DNA of 32,000 nt, taken from contig NC_008698.1 in the NCBI RefSeq assembly GCF_000015225.1, forward strand, positions 1,110,001 through 1,142,000, read 5' to 3'. A program made the position numbers and the translations under genes. Origin of the DNA: Thermofilum pendens Hrk 5 (GTDB taxonomy: Archaea; Thermoproteota; Thermoprotei; Thermofilales; Thermofilaceae). Every line of letters begins with the position of its first letter. Position 1 is the stretch's first letter. This document shows, in pieces, positions 14,962-23,083 of the stretch. Below the pieces are notes generated by a model. That model searched no databases. It saw only the letters and a list, made by a program, of their open reading frames with translations, and had not been told where the DNA came from.

Positions 14962-15894
14962 ATCAACCCACCTCCTCCTCTCGATGAACCTCCAGAACCT
15001 CCACCGGTAGCTCTTCGCGCTTCCCGGCGGGCAGAGGAGCTCGCCGGGCGGCATGTCGACTTTAAGCTCTCTAAGCGTGGATAGGAGCGCCGCTCTCTTC
15101 TCGTGCGAGAACTGCCCGACAAGGATCGCCCTGTTCTTGTCTACCAGCGCGAAGTGCGCGCCCGGGAGGCGGACCAGTATGCGCGCAGCGGGGGCGGAGC
15201 GCCAGCCCTCCAGCAGGTAGACGCCGACGGGCTCCGTGTCCGAGTAGCGGTAGGCGTAGTTCCCGTTCCAGTGTGGCAACACGTGTTTTTTCACGTGGCG
15301 GTTCAATGTCTGCGCGGTGAGCCTCGGGAGGTCCGGGTCCAGGGACCTAGACGACTCGTAAGCCTTCCTGAACGTGGCGAGCGGGGACGTAAGCTTACCC
15401 GAGATCACCGCCAGGTCTACCTTGTCGGGCCTTACCCTAGCGCCCCCCTCCTCGGGTAAGTCCATCAAGTCCATTACGCCGGGGTAGCTCAGGGGGCTGA
15501 ACCCGTAACCCGCCTTTTCGAGTAGCTCGTCGGGAGTCCAGAAGCTGTACTCGAGCGCCTCCACCACTGTCACCGGTTTAAGCCTGTCTAGGAGCGCGTC
15601 AACCCGTTGCTCGTCTACGAGAGCCACCACGAGGAACAGCTTCTCCAGCCCCTCCAGGGGGTACACCTTCAGGACGAAGGGGTAGGCCTCCGGGCTCCTC
15701 TCCGATAGTACACCCACGAACCTGAGGCCTAGCGCCCGGAAGTCGAACCTCCACCTCAGCCTCCAAGGAGTGCCCGGCCCTAGGAGGGTCTTCCTGAGCG
15801 CGCGGATGGGGAGCCCCGTCGCCCTAGCCAGCCCAGATAGGCTTCTCGCAAACCTAAGCGCGGAGAACAGGGAGGCGTCGCTACCCTGCGGCAA
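14920..15894 (-). CDS. hypothetical protein with two HTH-plus-small-domain halves (possible tandem Lrp/AsnC-like regulator)
   Basis: 324-aa high-GC ORF. The two halves look alike: LRFARSLSGLARATGLPIRALRKTL ... VDALLDRLK versus ISGKLTSPLATFRKAYE ... RAALLSTLRE. This rests on visual inspection only. Confidence 0.6.
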   Translation of the reverse strand: MPQGSDASLFSALRFARSLSGLARATGLPIRALRKTLLGPGTPWRLRWRFDFRALGLRFVGVLSERSPEAYPFVLKVYPLEGLEKLFLVVALVDEQRVDALLDRLKPVTVVEALEYSFWTPDELLEKAGYGFSPLSYPGVMDLMDLPEEGGARVRPDKVDLAVISGKLTSPLATFRKAYESSRSLDPDLPRLTAQTLNRHVKKHVLPHWNGNYAYRYSDTEPVGVYLLEGWRSAPAARILVRLPGAHFALVDKNRAILVGQFSHEKRAALLSTLRELKVDMPPGELLCPPGSAKSYRWRFWRFIERRRWVDAGDAPLSAEDWFP

Positions 15895-15899
15895 GGTTG

Positions 15900-16541
15900 C
15901 TACCCTCTCAGCGCTTCGTAGATGCCGCTCCTTATCAGGGAGACTGCCAGCACTGCTAGGAGTAGCGAGAAAATCCTCGAGAGAACGAGGATCGTGTTCT
16001 TACCAGCCTTCTCCAGGAGCACGTTGCTCTTCGTCAGAATGAGGTAGCTTGCAAGCGTGTTGAGGGCTATGCTCACCAGGGTTGGGAGGAGGCCGTAGAC
16101 GCTGTTAAGGTACATGACCATGTAGATAGCCCCGGGGCCCGCCAGTAGCGGGGTCGCCATCGGGACTACGGCGAGGTCCTCGCTCCTCAAGGCCTCGGCC
16201 TCCACGCGCCCGAAAACCCCCTGCAGCGCTATGATCAACAGGAGGAGCCCTCCGGCTATCTTGAAGTCCGTGAACGATACGCCGTAGTACTGGAAGAAGG
16301 GGTAGCCGAATACCGCGAAGAAAACCAGTAGCGCCGAGGCCACGGCTACCGATTTCTCGAATATCTTGATCCTCTCCTCCCTCCCCATGCCGGACGTCAG
16401 GGAGTAGAAGATCGGTATGTTACCAATGCTGTCCACCACGATGAACAGCATCAGGAACGTATCCCATAGCTCCTTCAAGCTCTCGACCACGAAGCCCACC
16501 GCGCGTGTTAGGCGCGCTTTCTTAAAAATATCATGATACAC
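15900..16541 (-). CDS. MarC family (UPF0056) integral membrane protein
   Basis: N-terminal signature FIVVDSIGNIPIFYSLTSGMGREER and a six-TM profile. It overlaps the upstream gene by 11 nt. Confidence 0.85.
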   Translation of the reverse strand: MYHDIFKKARLTRAVGFVVESLKELWDTFLMLFIVVDSIGNIPIFYSLTSGMGREERIKIFEKSVAVASALLVFFAVFGYPFFQYYGVSFTDFKIAGGLLLLIIALQGVFGRVEAEALRSEDLAVVPMATPLLAGPGAIYMVMYLNSVYGLLPTLVSIALNTLASYLILTKSNVLLEKAGKNTILVLSRIFSLLLAVLAVSLIRSGIYEALRG

Positions 16542-18291
16542 CCAGTTTCCCCAGCACTTCGGACAAGTCGAAGGACTCCTGGGCCCTCACCCACGCCTCC
16601 TCCACGTAGAACTTAACCGCCAGCCTCAACGCCTCCCTGTCTATGGGTAGGACCTCCTCGTCCCCCCTCAGGTAGTTGGCCAGGGAAAGGGCGGCGGCCA
16701 GCTGTAGCGCCCTTCTCTCTAGCCTGAGGGAGAACGGCAGGACCCCTACCTCCCCTAACGCCTCGAACACCTTTTCGCGCGCTTCCCCCACGGCTTCCAG
16801 CTCCTTCTCCGTCAGGAGGACTTTCCTGCGCTTAACGCCCTCCACCCTAACCCTCCCCGTCGACACGGAGTACACAAGCGTCAAGTGGTCGCGTATCTTG
16901 GGCGCCATCTCCGCCATCTTCCGCGTCGAGATACCCAGCATTAGCCTCCTCTGGCTCTCGGCGAGCTCCCTGTACTTCTCCTTCGTGAGCCTGTGAAGCC
17001 TGCACAGCATCCTGTCCTCTATCGCGTTGAAGTTCGGGTCCTTAACTGTGACCTCGTAGCCCCTCTCGAAGACGTGCGTATTGTAGTTCACGCTGAAGAA
17101 AGAGTCGAACTTGTAGGGGCCAACCCTGTAGGTCCGGGTCTCGTAGAATATCTCGCCCCCCTCCATCGCGAGCTTCAAAGGCTCCACCATTCCCTTGTAC
17201 TTGAACCAGTCGTTGAACTCCGTCACTATGAAGTTAAACCTTCTACCGACGTAGGCCTCTCCGATCGCTATGAACATCGCGGGCGTCATCCCGCCGCAGT
17301 ACCTGTTGATCCCCGGTATCCCGTGCGGAGGCACGCCGAGCTTCTCGTTGCCGAGTATGAAGTCCTTCGTGGCGAAGGTCTTCCCGGTGCCCGGCTCGCC
17401 GAACAGCGCCAGGTTGAAGCCCGTGCTCAAAGCCTTGTGGCCATCCTCGGTGACTATGTCCACGTCCGCGAGGGAGTACTGCTGCGCTAGAGTCAGTAGC
17501 TCGTCGAAGAAGACGACCCGCCCGAAGAGGTCCACCAGGTAGCCTTCGAGCTCGCCCACCGAGAACTTCTCCCCGAAGTCCAGCACCTCGTCCAGCCTCT
17601 CCCTAAGCAGCGTCCTAACGTAGTTGTCCAGCTCCTCCTCGCGCCTCAACACCTCGAGGAACTCCTCCTCAGCCTGCCGCGTGCTAAACCTCCTCAAGCC
17701 GCCTGCCTCGTACCTGGCAAGCGCCGCCGCCACGAAGGGCCTAATCTCCTCCGGTATCTTCCAAAGCTTCTCCTCCCGGTCCCCCGCCTCCCACACGAGC
17801 CCCCACCTGTCGCGTAGCTCCGCGAGGATACGCGCGGGGTACACGCGCTCGCCGAGTATCTCCGAGGCCTTAGCGGCTACGTAGCCGAAGGGCGCCTCGT
17901 GGGCGTCCAGAAGAGCCTTAAGAACAGCGTAAGCCTTTAAACCGTGAATCCTGACAGCCTCGTGGACAGCCCTCTCAACAGCCCCGCTCGAATCCTCGAA
18001 GAGTAGCTCGCCGTTCCTAACAGTGTAGTACCTCCCCCGGAAGTCGTAGATACCCCTGTACGGCGAGTACATCAACATGTGCTTCAACTGCTCGTCTGTA
18101 ACCACGCGGGCAATCTCCTCTATGGTCTTAGGCTGGTCGAGCACCCCGAGCCCTAGAACCTCCCTCAAAACCTTAACCCTGAAGGCGTTTGGAGGAGGAC
18201 CGTCCAGCTGCGGGAGGAACCTCCTCAGCAACAGTACGCGCTCGGAGAACTTCTCGTCGCCCGCTCCACCCTCGCCCATACATCGCCTCAA
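16531..18291 (-). CDS. orphan AAA+ ATPase of the MCM / Mg-chelatase / BrxL-like class with an uncharacterised N-terminal region of about 290 aa
   Basis: Walker A LFGEPGTGKTF, Walker-B-like FIVTEFNDW (compare MCM IDEFDKM), Arg-finger-like NAIEDRML, and a lid-like C-terminus LRLERRALQLAAALSLANYLRGDEEVLPIDREALRLAV. The ORF opens at TTG 18291, and ATG 18279 is the more likely start (TATA-like box at 18309-18320). Confidence 0.75.
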   Translation of the reverse strand: MRRCMGEGGAGDEKFSERVLLLRRFLPQLDGPPPNAFRVKVLREVLGLGVLDQPKTIEEIARVVTDEQLKHMLMYSPYRGIYDFRGRYYTVRNGELLFEDSSGAVERAVHEAVRIHGLKAYAVLKALLDAHEAPFGYVAAKASEILGERVYPARILAELRDRWGLVWEAGDREEKLWKIPEEIRPFVAAALARYEAGGLRRFSTRQAEEEFLEVLRREEELDNYVRTLLRERLDEVLDFGEKFSVGELEGYLVDLFGRVVFFDELLTLAQQYSLADVDIVTEDGHKALSTGFNLALFGEPGTGKTFATKDFILGNEKLGVPPHGIPGINRYCGGMTPAMFIAIGEAYVGRRFNFIVTEFNDWFKYKGMVEPLKLAMEGGEIFYETRTYRVGPYKFDSFFSVNYNTHVFERGYEVTVKDPNFNAIEDRMLCRLHRLTKEKYRELAESQRRLMLGISTRKMAEMAPKIRDHLTLVYSVSTGRVRVEGVKRRKVLLTEKELEAVGEAREKVFEALGEVGVLPFSLRLERRALQLAAALSLANYLRGDEEVLPIDREALRLAVKFYVEEAWVRAQESFDLSEVLGKLGVS

Positions 18292-18308
18292 TGGTTATGG
18301 GTAAGAGA

Positions 18309-18320
18309 GGTATAAAGCTT
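18309..18320 (-). promoter_or_regulatory. BRE/TATA-like box for the AAA+ ATPase gene
   Basis: The minus strand reads aagctttatacc, 25-35 nt upstream of the candidate starts 18291/18279. The same AAGCTT plus T/A-rich pattern occurs at 626 and 2848. Confidence 0.45.
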
Positions 18321-18330
18321 ATGCGTACAA

Positions 18331-18780
18331 TTAGCCGACGTAGACGCTGCCAACTCTCTCTTCGGCGGCTATTTTATGCAACTGTTCGTCTCCCGTATAG
18401 AACTCCTCGGCTCCTACGTATTTCGCCGAGACGAGCTGAAGAGCGTCAGCCTCGTAGACGTGGTATTTCTCCACTATGCGCCAAGTCTCTATTAGTAGCT
18501 TGGTCCTAACGGGAACTATTTTCAGAAGCCTCAGCTTTAACAGTCTTATAGTCTCGCCCAGGAACTGAAACCTCGCTTTCTCGTAATCCTCCCTGCTCAG
18601 CCACCCCCGCCTGTAGTACTTATCCAGGACCCCTAAAACCTCGCCTATATTCCATGCCGAAAAAGAGAGAGTGCTCTCTCCGTTCAGCGCCTTGTAGTAC
18701 ACTCTGCTGACGACCTCGCTACCGGGCTCAAGTACGTAGCGCTTAACTACGGCGCTAGAGTCCAAGTAGACCACGGTCAA
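18331..18780 (-). CDS. vapC: PIN-domain ribonuclease toxin VapC
   Basis: N-terminal VVYLDSSAVVKRY with the conserved Asp. The length is about 150 aa. Acidic residues lie later in the sequence (VYEADALQL). A 4-nt overlap joins it to the upstream antitoxin gene. Confidence 0.85.
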   Translation of the reverse strand: MTVVYLDSSAVVKRYVLEPGSEVVSRVYYKALNGESTLSFSAWNIGEVLGVLDKYYRRGWLSREDYEKARFQFLGETIRLLKLRLLKIVPVRTKLLIETWRIVEKYHVYEADALQLVSAKYVGAEEFYTGDEQLHKIAAEERVGSVYVG

Positions 18781-19043
18781 AGCCTAGCCCCCCTTAGCTC
18801 CCTGACAGCTTCCCCTGCGTTCGTAGCCACTCTGGGCTTAACGGGAGTAACGTCCAGCGGCACCTCCCCCTCTCCCAGCAGTTTTTCTAAAGCTTTAACT
18901 ACGAGCACATCGCTGACCTCCTCCTCTAAAGCTTCCTCTATGGCGCGGCTAAGAGCCCTCAAACCTCTCTCGCTACCAACCCTAGATTTGAACTCCTCCC
19001 AAAGCTCGCTGTCGACCGTGATGCTCGTTTTCACCTTTCTCAT
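18777..19043 (-). CDS. vapB: VapB-type antitoxin (ribbon-helix-helix/CopG-like)
   Basis: 88 aa. The N-terminus KTSITVDSELWEEFKSRV fits an RHH beta-strand plus helix. It is translationally coupled to the PIN gene. Confidence 0.75.
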   Translation of the reverse strand: MRKVKTSITVDSELWEEFKSRVGSERGLRALSRAIEEALEEEVSDVLVVKALEKLLGEGEVPLDVTPVKPRVATNAGEAVRELRGARL

Positions 19044-19212
19044 GTGTAACTATGTAAGGGTTGGAGTAATTACTCTAATAAAGTTTACTGTATACTCTTC
19101 GCTGGGTAGATCGGCTCGGAGGCTAGCCTGTCTAAAGGTATAAAACGCTCACAGAGCAAAGCCTAACAAGCCTCCCGGGCAATCCCAGCCTTTTGAAGGC
19201 TTTAATTTATGC

Positions 19213-19950
19213 TTGTGGGAAATCTATAAACGCAGTTATCGCTACAAAAAGCCGCGGGGAAGGGCCTTGAGGGGACTACTAGCCTTACTAGTGGCCTTAG
19301 CCGTGTCCGCGGCTTTGATCAGCGTTGCTGTAGCCCTCGGAAGCCTACCCTACCTCGCTGGCCCCCCACCGCCTCCCAAGCCTCCGGCCCCCGCCGCGCA
19401 CCCAGAGGGATCCGGGAGGCTACTCACGCGGGAGGAGAAGGAAACCCTACTATCGGTTTTGCGGAGGGATAGCTTCCTCGCCCCATACCTTTCCCGCTCG
19501 AACTGGACCGTCAAAAACCTCGACCAGCTCCGCGTATACCCGGGAAGCAAGGTCGAGGCTCTGGTAGAGCTCGCTGAGCCTCAGTGGATCGAGGGCTTAG
19601 AGACGCCGAAGTACAGGGCTAGCATGTGGGCGCGCACACTGATAGTCACGGTTAACCTCACGGCTGGGCGTGTAGAGAGGGTGGAGGCAGTGCCTACGCG
19701 GCCACCCCGCGATACCCCCTTGAGCCCCAGGCTGGAGGAGGCTAGGAGGGTGGCTGCGAGCCACAGACTCGTACAGTCGCTGGGTCCCAGCGTGAACCTG
19801 TACCTCGTCGCGGTGTACCACAGCGGGGAGTACCCGGGAGGGCTCGCGGTTTTCAGCGCCTTCTCCGATAAGGGCGAGGTGCTGGTAGCCGTGGATCTGG
19901 CAACCATGACCGTCGTGGAGAGGTACACGTCTCCTGTGTATACTCCGTGA
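19213..19950 (+). CDS. membrane-anchored protein with a Pro-rich linker and two PepSY-like repeats
   Basis: TM anchor LRGLLALLVALAVSAALISVAVALG and linker PPPPPKPPAPAAHPEG. Two segments end in LIVTVNLTAGRVERVE and VLVAVDLATMTVVERY, which resembles the PepSY C-terminal motif. The start is uncertain (TTG 19213 or in-frame TTG 19267). Confidence 0.6.
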   Translation: MWEIYKRSYRYKKPRGRALRGLLALLVALAVSAALISVAVALGSLPYLAGPPPPPKPPAPAAHPEGSGRLLTREEKETLLSVLRRDSFLAPYLSRSNWTVKNLDQLRVYPGSKVEALVELAEPQWIEGLETPKYRASMWARTLIVTVNLTAGRVERVEAVPTRPPRDTPLSPRLEEARRVAASHRLVQSLGPSVNLYLVAVYHSGEYPGGLAVFSAFSDKGEVLVAVDLATMTVVERYTSPVYTP

Positions 19951-19960
19951 GGTGACGGGT

Positions 19961-20572
19961 ATGGCTTTGGGGAGAAGGCTTCTCTCCCTGATCGTTGTTT
20001 CGTGCATAGTTCTCTCGCTGAGGGTCGCCAGCGGGGGCTTAACGGCTCTCTGGGTTACAAGCACCGGTTTCTACAACTACGACTTCAAGAGCCAGGTTGT
20101 CAGTAGCAGTAACGTCGACTGGCCTGTAACCATGGTTTTCTACGGGAACGCCGACGTGAACAAGGTTAAGAACATATTCTTCGGCTTAACGATACTCGCT
20201 AACCCCATGTACGCGTATATCTACAGCAACGGCTGGGTCTGGGACACGGATCGGGGCACTAAGGGCGTAGTATACAGCAACTACCTCAACGGGTACGTCT
20301 ACCTACACATGAGGGTGTACGCACCGAACCCACCGGACTACATCTACGACCCCGCCTGGGGTAAGTACGTCATTGGAACTACGCACTACGACGAGTACCC
20401 GCTCGAGAGCTGGAGCGGCTACCCCGAGTACGCCGAGCACGACTTCGCGGCTATAGCAAGGAGCAAGGGCTACACGGTGTACCAAGACTGGGCGTACTTC
20501 TACAACGACCAGGGTAGCCCGGGTAGCATAACTTACAACGACGGGTACGCAACGGCGGTATACGTCCCCTAG
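19961..20572 (+). CDS. secreted Tyr/Trp/Asn-rich protein of unknown function
   Basis: Signal peptide MALGRRLLSLIVVSCIVLSLRVASG. GAGGTGA Shine-Dalgarno-like sequence 7 nt before ATG 19961 (the ORF opens at GTG 19952). It lies 10 nt after the upstream stop, so co-transcription is likely. Confidence 0.75.
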   Translation: MALGRRLLSLIVVSCIVLSLRVASGGLTALWVTSTGFYNYDFKSQVVSSSNVDWPVTMVFYGNADVNKVKNIFFGLTILANPMYAYIYSNGWVWDTDRGTKGVVYSNYLNGYVYLHMRVYAPNPPDYIYDPAWGKYVIGTTHYDEYPLESWSGYPEYAEHDFAAIARSKGYTVYQDWAYFYNDQGSPGSITYNDGYATAVYVP

Positions 20573-20574
20573 AC

Positions 20575-20600
20575 TATTTTTCCCTTTTCTCTTTCTGTCT
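20575..20600 (+). terminator. T-rich termination region
   Basis: ctatttttcccttttctctttctgtc lies directly after the TAG at 20570-20572, between convergent genes. Confidence 0.45.
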
Positions 20601-20626
20601 TAACTGTAGCAGGCTCAGCGTCTTGG

Positions 20627-21784
20627 CTAGGTGGGTACTTTCTCCTCGGGCGGCGGTGTCCAGTTCTTCGTAAGCTCGGCGAGTCTTCTGAATACTCCCG
20701 GCTCGCCTCTGAAGCGTTGCTTCAACTCTTCGAGTATCGAGATTAGCTCGTCGTACGTCTTCCTGTCCACGGGGAACGGTACCCCGTCCTTTCCCCCCAC
20801 CGCGTACGCGAACTTGAAGGGGTCCACTTGGTGCGTTACGGGGTCGCGCCACGACGGGGGCGTCTCGTATACGAGCTCGGCGACTAGCGCGAGCGCCCTT
20901 ATAGCTGAGGGCCCCACGGCTTTCGCGGCGAGAATATCCCTGAAGCTCTCCACGCCCCTGCCTGCGAGCGATGCTAGAGCCTCGCGGCTTAGGGAGGGCT
21001 TGCCCAGGCGCCTCATCCTCTCGCGCAGGGACCGCGCCTTCTCGGCGCTGTAGGGCGCGTAGCTGACGAGCGGGCTGTAGCCTTCCAGAACGCGGAGCGC
21101 TTCGCTCACGAGGCGTTCAAGCCTGGAGGCCCCCTCACCTACGAGGTCGACTACCAGCCTGCGGAACTCCCCCGCCTCGGCGGCTACCGTGTTGAGCGCG
21201 AAGGGCTCCCTGAACCCATGGATGCCGCTGTGAGGCTCGACGGTGACGTCGCCCACGCGCTCCGAGAACCAGTGGTACCTCCTAGCAGTGCGAGTAGAAG
21301 GCTTCATACCCTGCTGGACGACAGCCCACCTGCCCTCCTCGTCGAAGAAGAACGCGTGGTGGTACAGCTGGTAGCCGGCCTGTAGCGCCGCGCTGTCCAC
21401 CTTCGCGACGAGGTAGGAGGTGGACACGAGCCCCGACGGGTCAAGCCCGTACTTCTCGGCGTGGAGCCTTATCTCCTCGGGGGCCTTCCTGCTCGAAGAG
21501 CCCTTCCCACCGCAAGCCTTTACCCCCAGCTCCCTCTCCTCCAGCACTTTCTTCAGCACGGCCGTAGTCACCGTCGTCGAGCCCGAGCTGTCCCAGTCCA
21601 TGCCTATTATGTTGTTGATAGCCTGGAAGTACACCGGGTCGGCTAACCTTTCGAGAAGGCCCCGCGTACCGTACTCCTCGACTATCATCTCTACGAGGAT
21701 CCCCGCTAGCCTCTCCATCCTGGCTATGAGCCAGCGGGGGACGCTCCCGTCGTGCAGAGGCAGCTCTGCTACCCCGGTCTTCAT
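20627..21784 (-). CDS. conserved hypothetical protein (possibly DUF763 family)
   Basis: 385-aa high-GC ORF. The N-terminus ELPLHDGSVPRWLIARM...GMDWDSSGSTTV resembles my recollection of DUF763. The family name is unverified. Confidence 0.6.
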   Translation of the reverse strand: MKTGVAELPLHDGSVPRWLIARMERLAGILVEMIVEEYGTRGLLERLADPVYFQAINNIIGMDWDSSGSTTVTTAVLKKVLEERELGVKACGGKGSSSRKAPEEIRLHAEKYGLDPSGLVSTSYLVAKVDSAALQAGYQLYHHAFFFDEEGRWAVVQQGMKPSTRTARRYHWFSERVGDVTVEPHSGIHGFREPFALNTVAAEAGEFRRLVVDLVGEGASRLERLVSEALRVLEGYSPLVSYAPYSAEKARSLRERMRRLGKPSLSREALASLAGRGVESFRDILAAKAVGPSAIRALALVAELVYETPPSWRDPVTHQVDPFKFAYAVGGKDGVPFPVDRKTYDELISILEELKQRFRGEPGVFRRLAELTKNWTPPPEEKVPT

Positions 21785-21848
21785 GCTTCGCTAAGATGTG
21801 CAAAAACGGGGATAAATACTGATTCTCGAGTTGCCCGAAAGTTTACTG

Positions 21849-22274
21849 CTACACCGCGAGGATGTAGATCGCTGCCAGCACGAGCCCGACGGCGATTATC
21901 TTCTTCACTGTGAGTTCCTCGTGGAGGATTAGGACGGAGAGTAGGACTACGAACGCGAGGCTAGACTTGTCCACCAGCGATACGGGCGTTGTCTCCCCCT
22001 TCTGCAACGCGAGGAAGTAGAGGACCCAGGAGGCGCCCCCCGCGATCCCGCTCAGGAGTATGTAGAGGGCCTCCCTGGAGGTTATGGTCGATACGAAGCC
22101 TGTACCCCTGAACGCTAGCATCATCCCGACGGCGAACAGCATCATCACCACGGACCGCAGAGCAGTGGCTGTGATGGAGTCAACGTTCTGCAGGCCGATC
22201 TTAGCGAAGATCGTGGCGAGCGCGGCGAAGAATGCGTCCAGGAGTGCGAGCAGGAACCACTCGTTCATGCCCAT
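21849..22274 (-). CDS. small DMT-superfamily membrane protein (single EamA domain)
   Basis: 141 aa with 4-5 TM helices. The N-terminus LLALLDAFFAALATIFAKIGLQNVD is typical of EamA repeats. Confidence 0.7.
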   Translation of the reverse strand: MGMNEWFLLALLDAFFAALATIFAKIGLQNVDSITATALRSVVMMLFAVGMMLAFRGTGFVSTITSREALYILLSGIAGGASWVLYFLALQKGETTPVSLVDKSSLAFVVLLSVLILHEELTVKKIIAVGLVLAAIYILAV

Positions 22275-22324
22275 CGCTCACCGGGGAGGTGCGGGGGGAT
22301 ATTAGTCAATCGGTTAAGAGAGTC

Positions 22325-23083
22325 CTAGACAACGGTGTACCTTACCTTGACCCCGACAACCTCCCTCTCCACGCCGAGCACCTTGATCCGCCCAACCTCC
22401 CTCGTGTTCGAGACGTGGGTACCGGTGCAAGGCATCGCGTTCACCCCGGGGATCTCGACGACCCGGTACTCCTCGGAGGGCGGGAGCCTGGAGACGTTGG
22501 GGGCGTTGTATATGTGGGCTTGTAGCTCTCCCCGAGGTACGAACTTCACGGCGACGCTCAACCCCCTCTCTACGACCTTGTTCGCCTCCTCCTCCAGCCT
22601 GTACGCGTCGGGCGGCTCGCTCACGCTGTACACGAGGTAGGCCTCCGGGGGCCCGTGGAAAGCGTCAAGCGTCTCGACGAGCCGCCCGTAAAGCCTGAGC
22701 ATCGCGTAGTCCAGTATGTGTCCAGCGGTGTGTAGCCTCATCACTAAGTACCTCTTCTCCCAGTTCAGCTCGCACCGCACGGTGTCTCCTACCTCCAAGC
22801 TTCCAGCCTCGATCCTCCCCCAGTGCCTGATCCTACCTCTATCCCTGATCGCTTTCTTCACCGCGAAGGCGCCGCGGGGCGAGACTATAGAGCCCTCGTC
22901 CGAGGGTTGTCCGCCGCCGAGCGGGTGGAAGATCGTCCTGTCCAGCTCCACGTAGGCCTTAGACCCCTTGAGAAGCTCGACCCCTGTAACCGTGGCCTCG
23001 CAGCTCCTCAAGTAGGAGTCCCTCAGAAAGAGCTCCTCGGTCAGCGGGCACCACCTCTCAGGGCAGGGCCCTAGCGATAACAA
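22325..23083 (-). CDS. alaX: alanyl-tRNA editing protein AlaX (AlaX-M type)
   Basis: Zinc-binding motifs HTAGHIL (HxxxH) and CTGTHV (CxxxH) of the AlaRS/ThrRS second additional domain. The N-terminus is LFLRDSYLRSCEATV. Confidence 0.85.
   Translation of the reverse strand: MLSLGPCPERWCPLTEELFLRDSYLRSCEATVTGVELLKGSKAYVELDRTIFHPLGGGQPSDEGSIVSPRGAFAVKKAIRDRGRIRHWGRIEAGSLEVGDTVRCELNWEKRYLVMRLHTAGHILDYAMLRLYGRLVETLDAFHGPPEAYLVYSVSEPPDAYRLEEEANKVVERGLSVAVKFVPRGELQAHIYNAPNVSRLPPSEEYRVVEIPGVNAMPCTGTHVSNTREVGRIKVLGVEREVVGVKVRYTVV

Noticed and set aside
16676-17542. Three plus-strand ORFs (106, 165 and 90 aa) antisense to the AAA+ ATPase gene
   Set aside because: They are fragmented, low-complexity and mutually overlapping. 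The minus strand carries a continuous 586-aa frame with ATPase motifs.
20574-20852. 92-aa minus-strand ORF overlapping the 3' end of the 385-aa gene
   Set aside because: It is in an alternative frame of a much longer ORF. The product is Arg/Gly-rich and has no independent signals.
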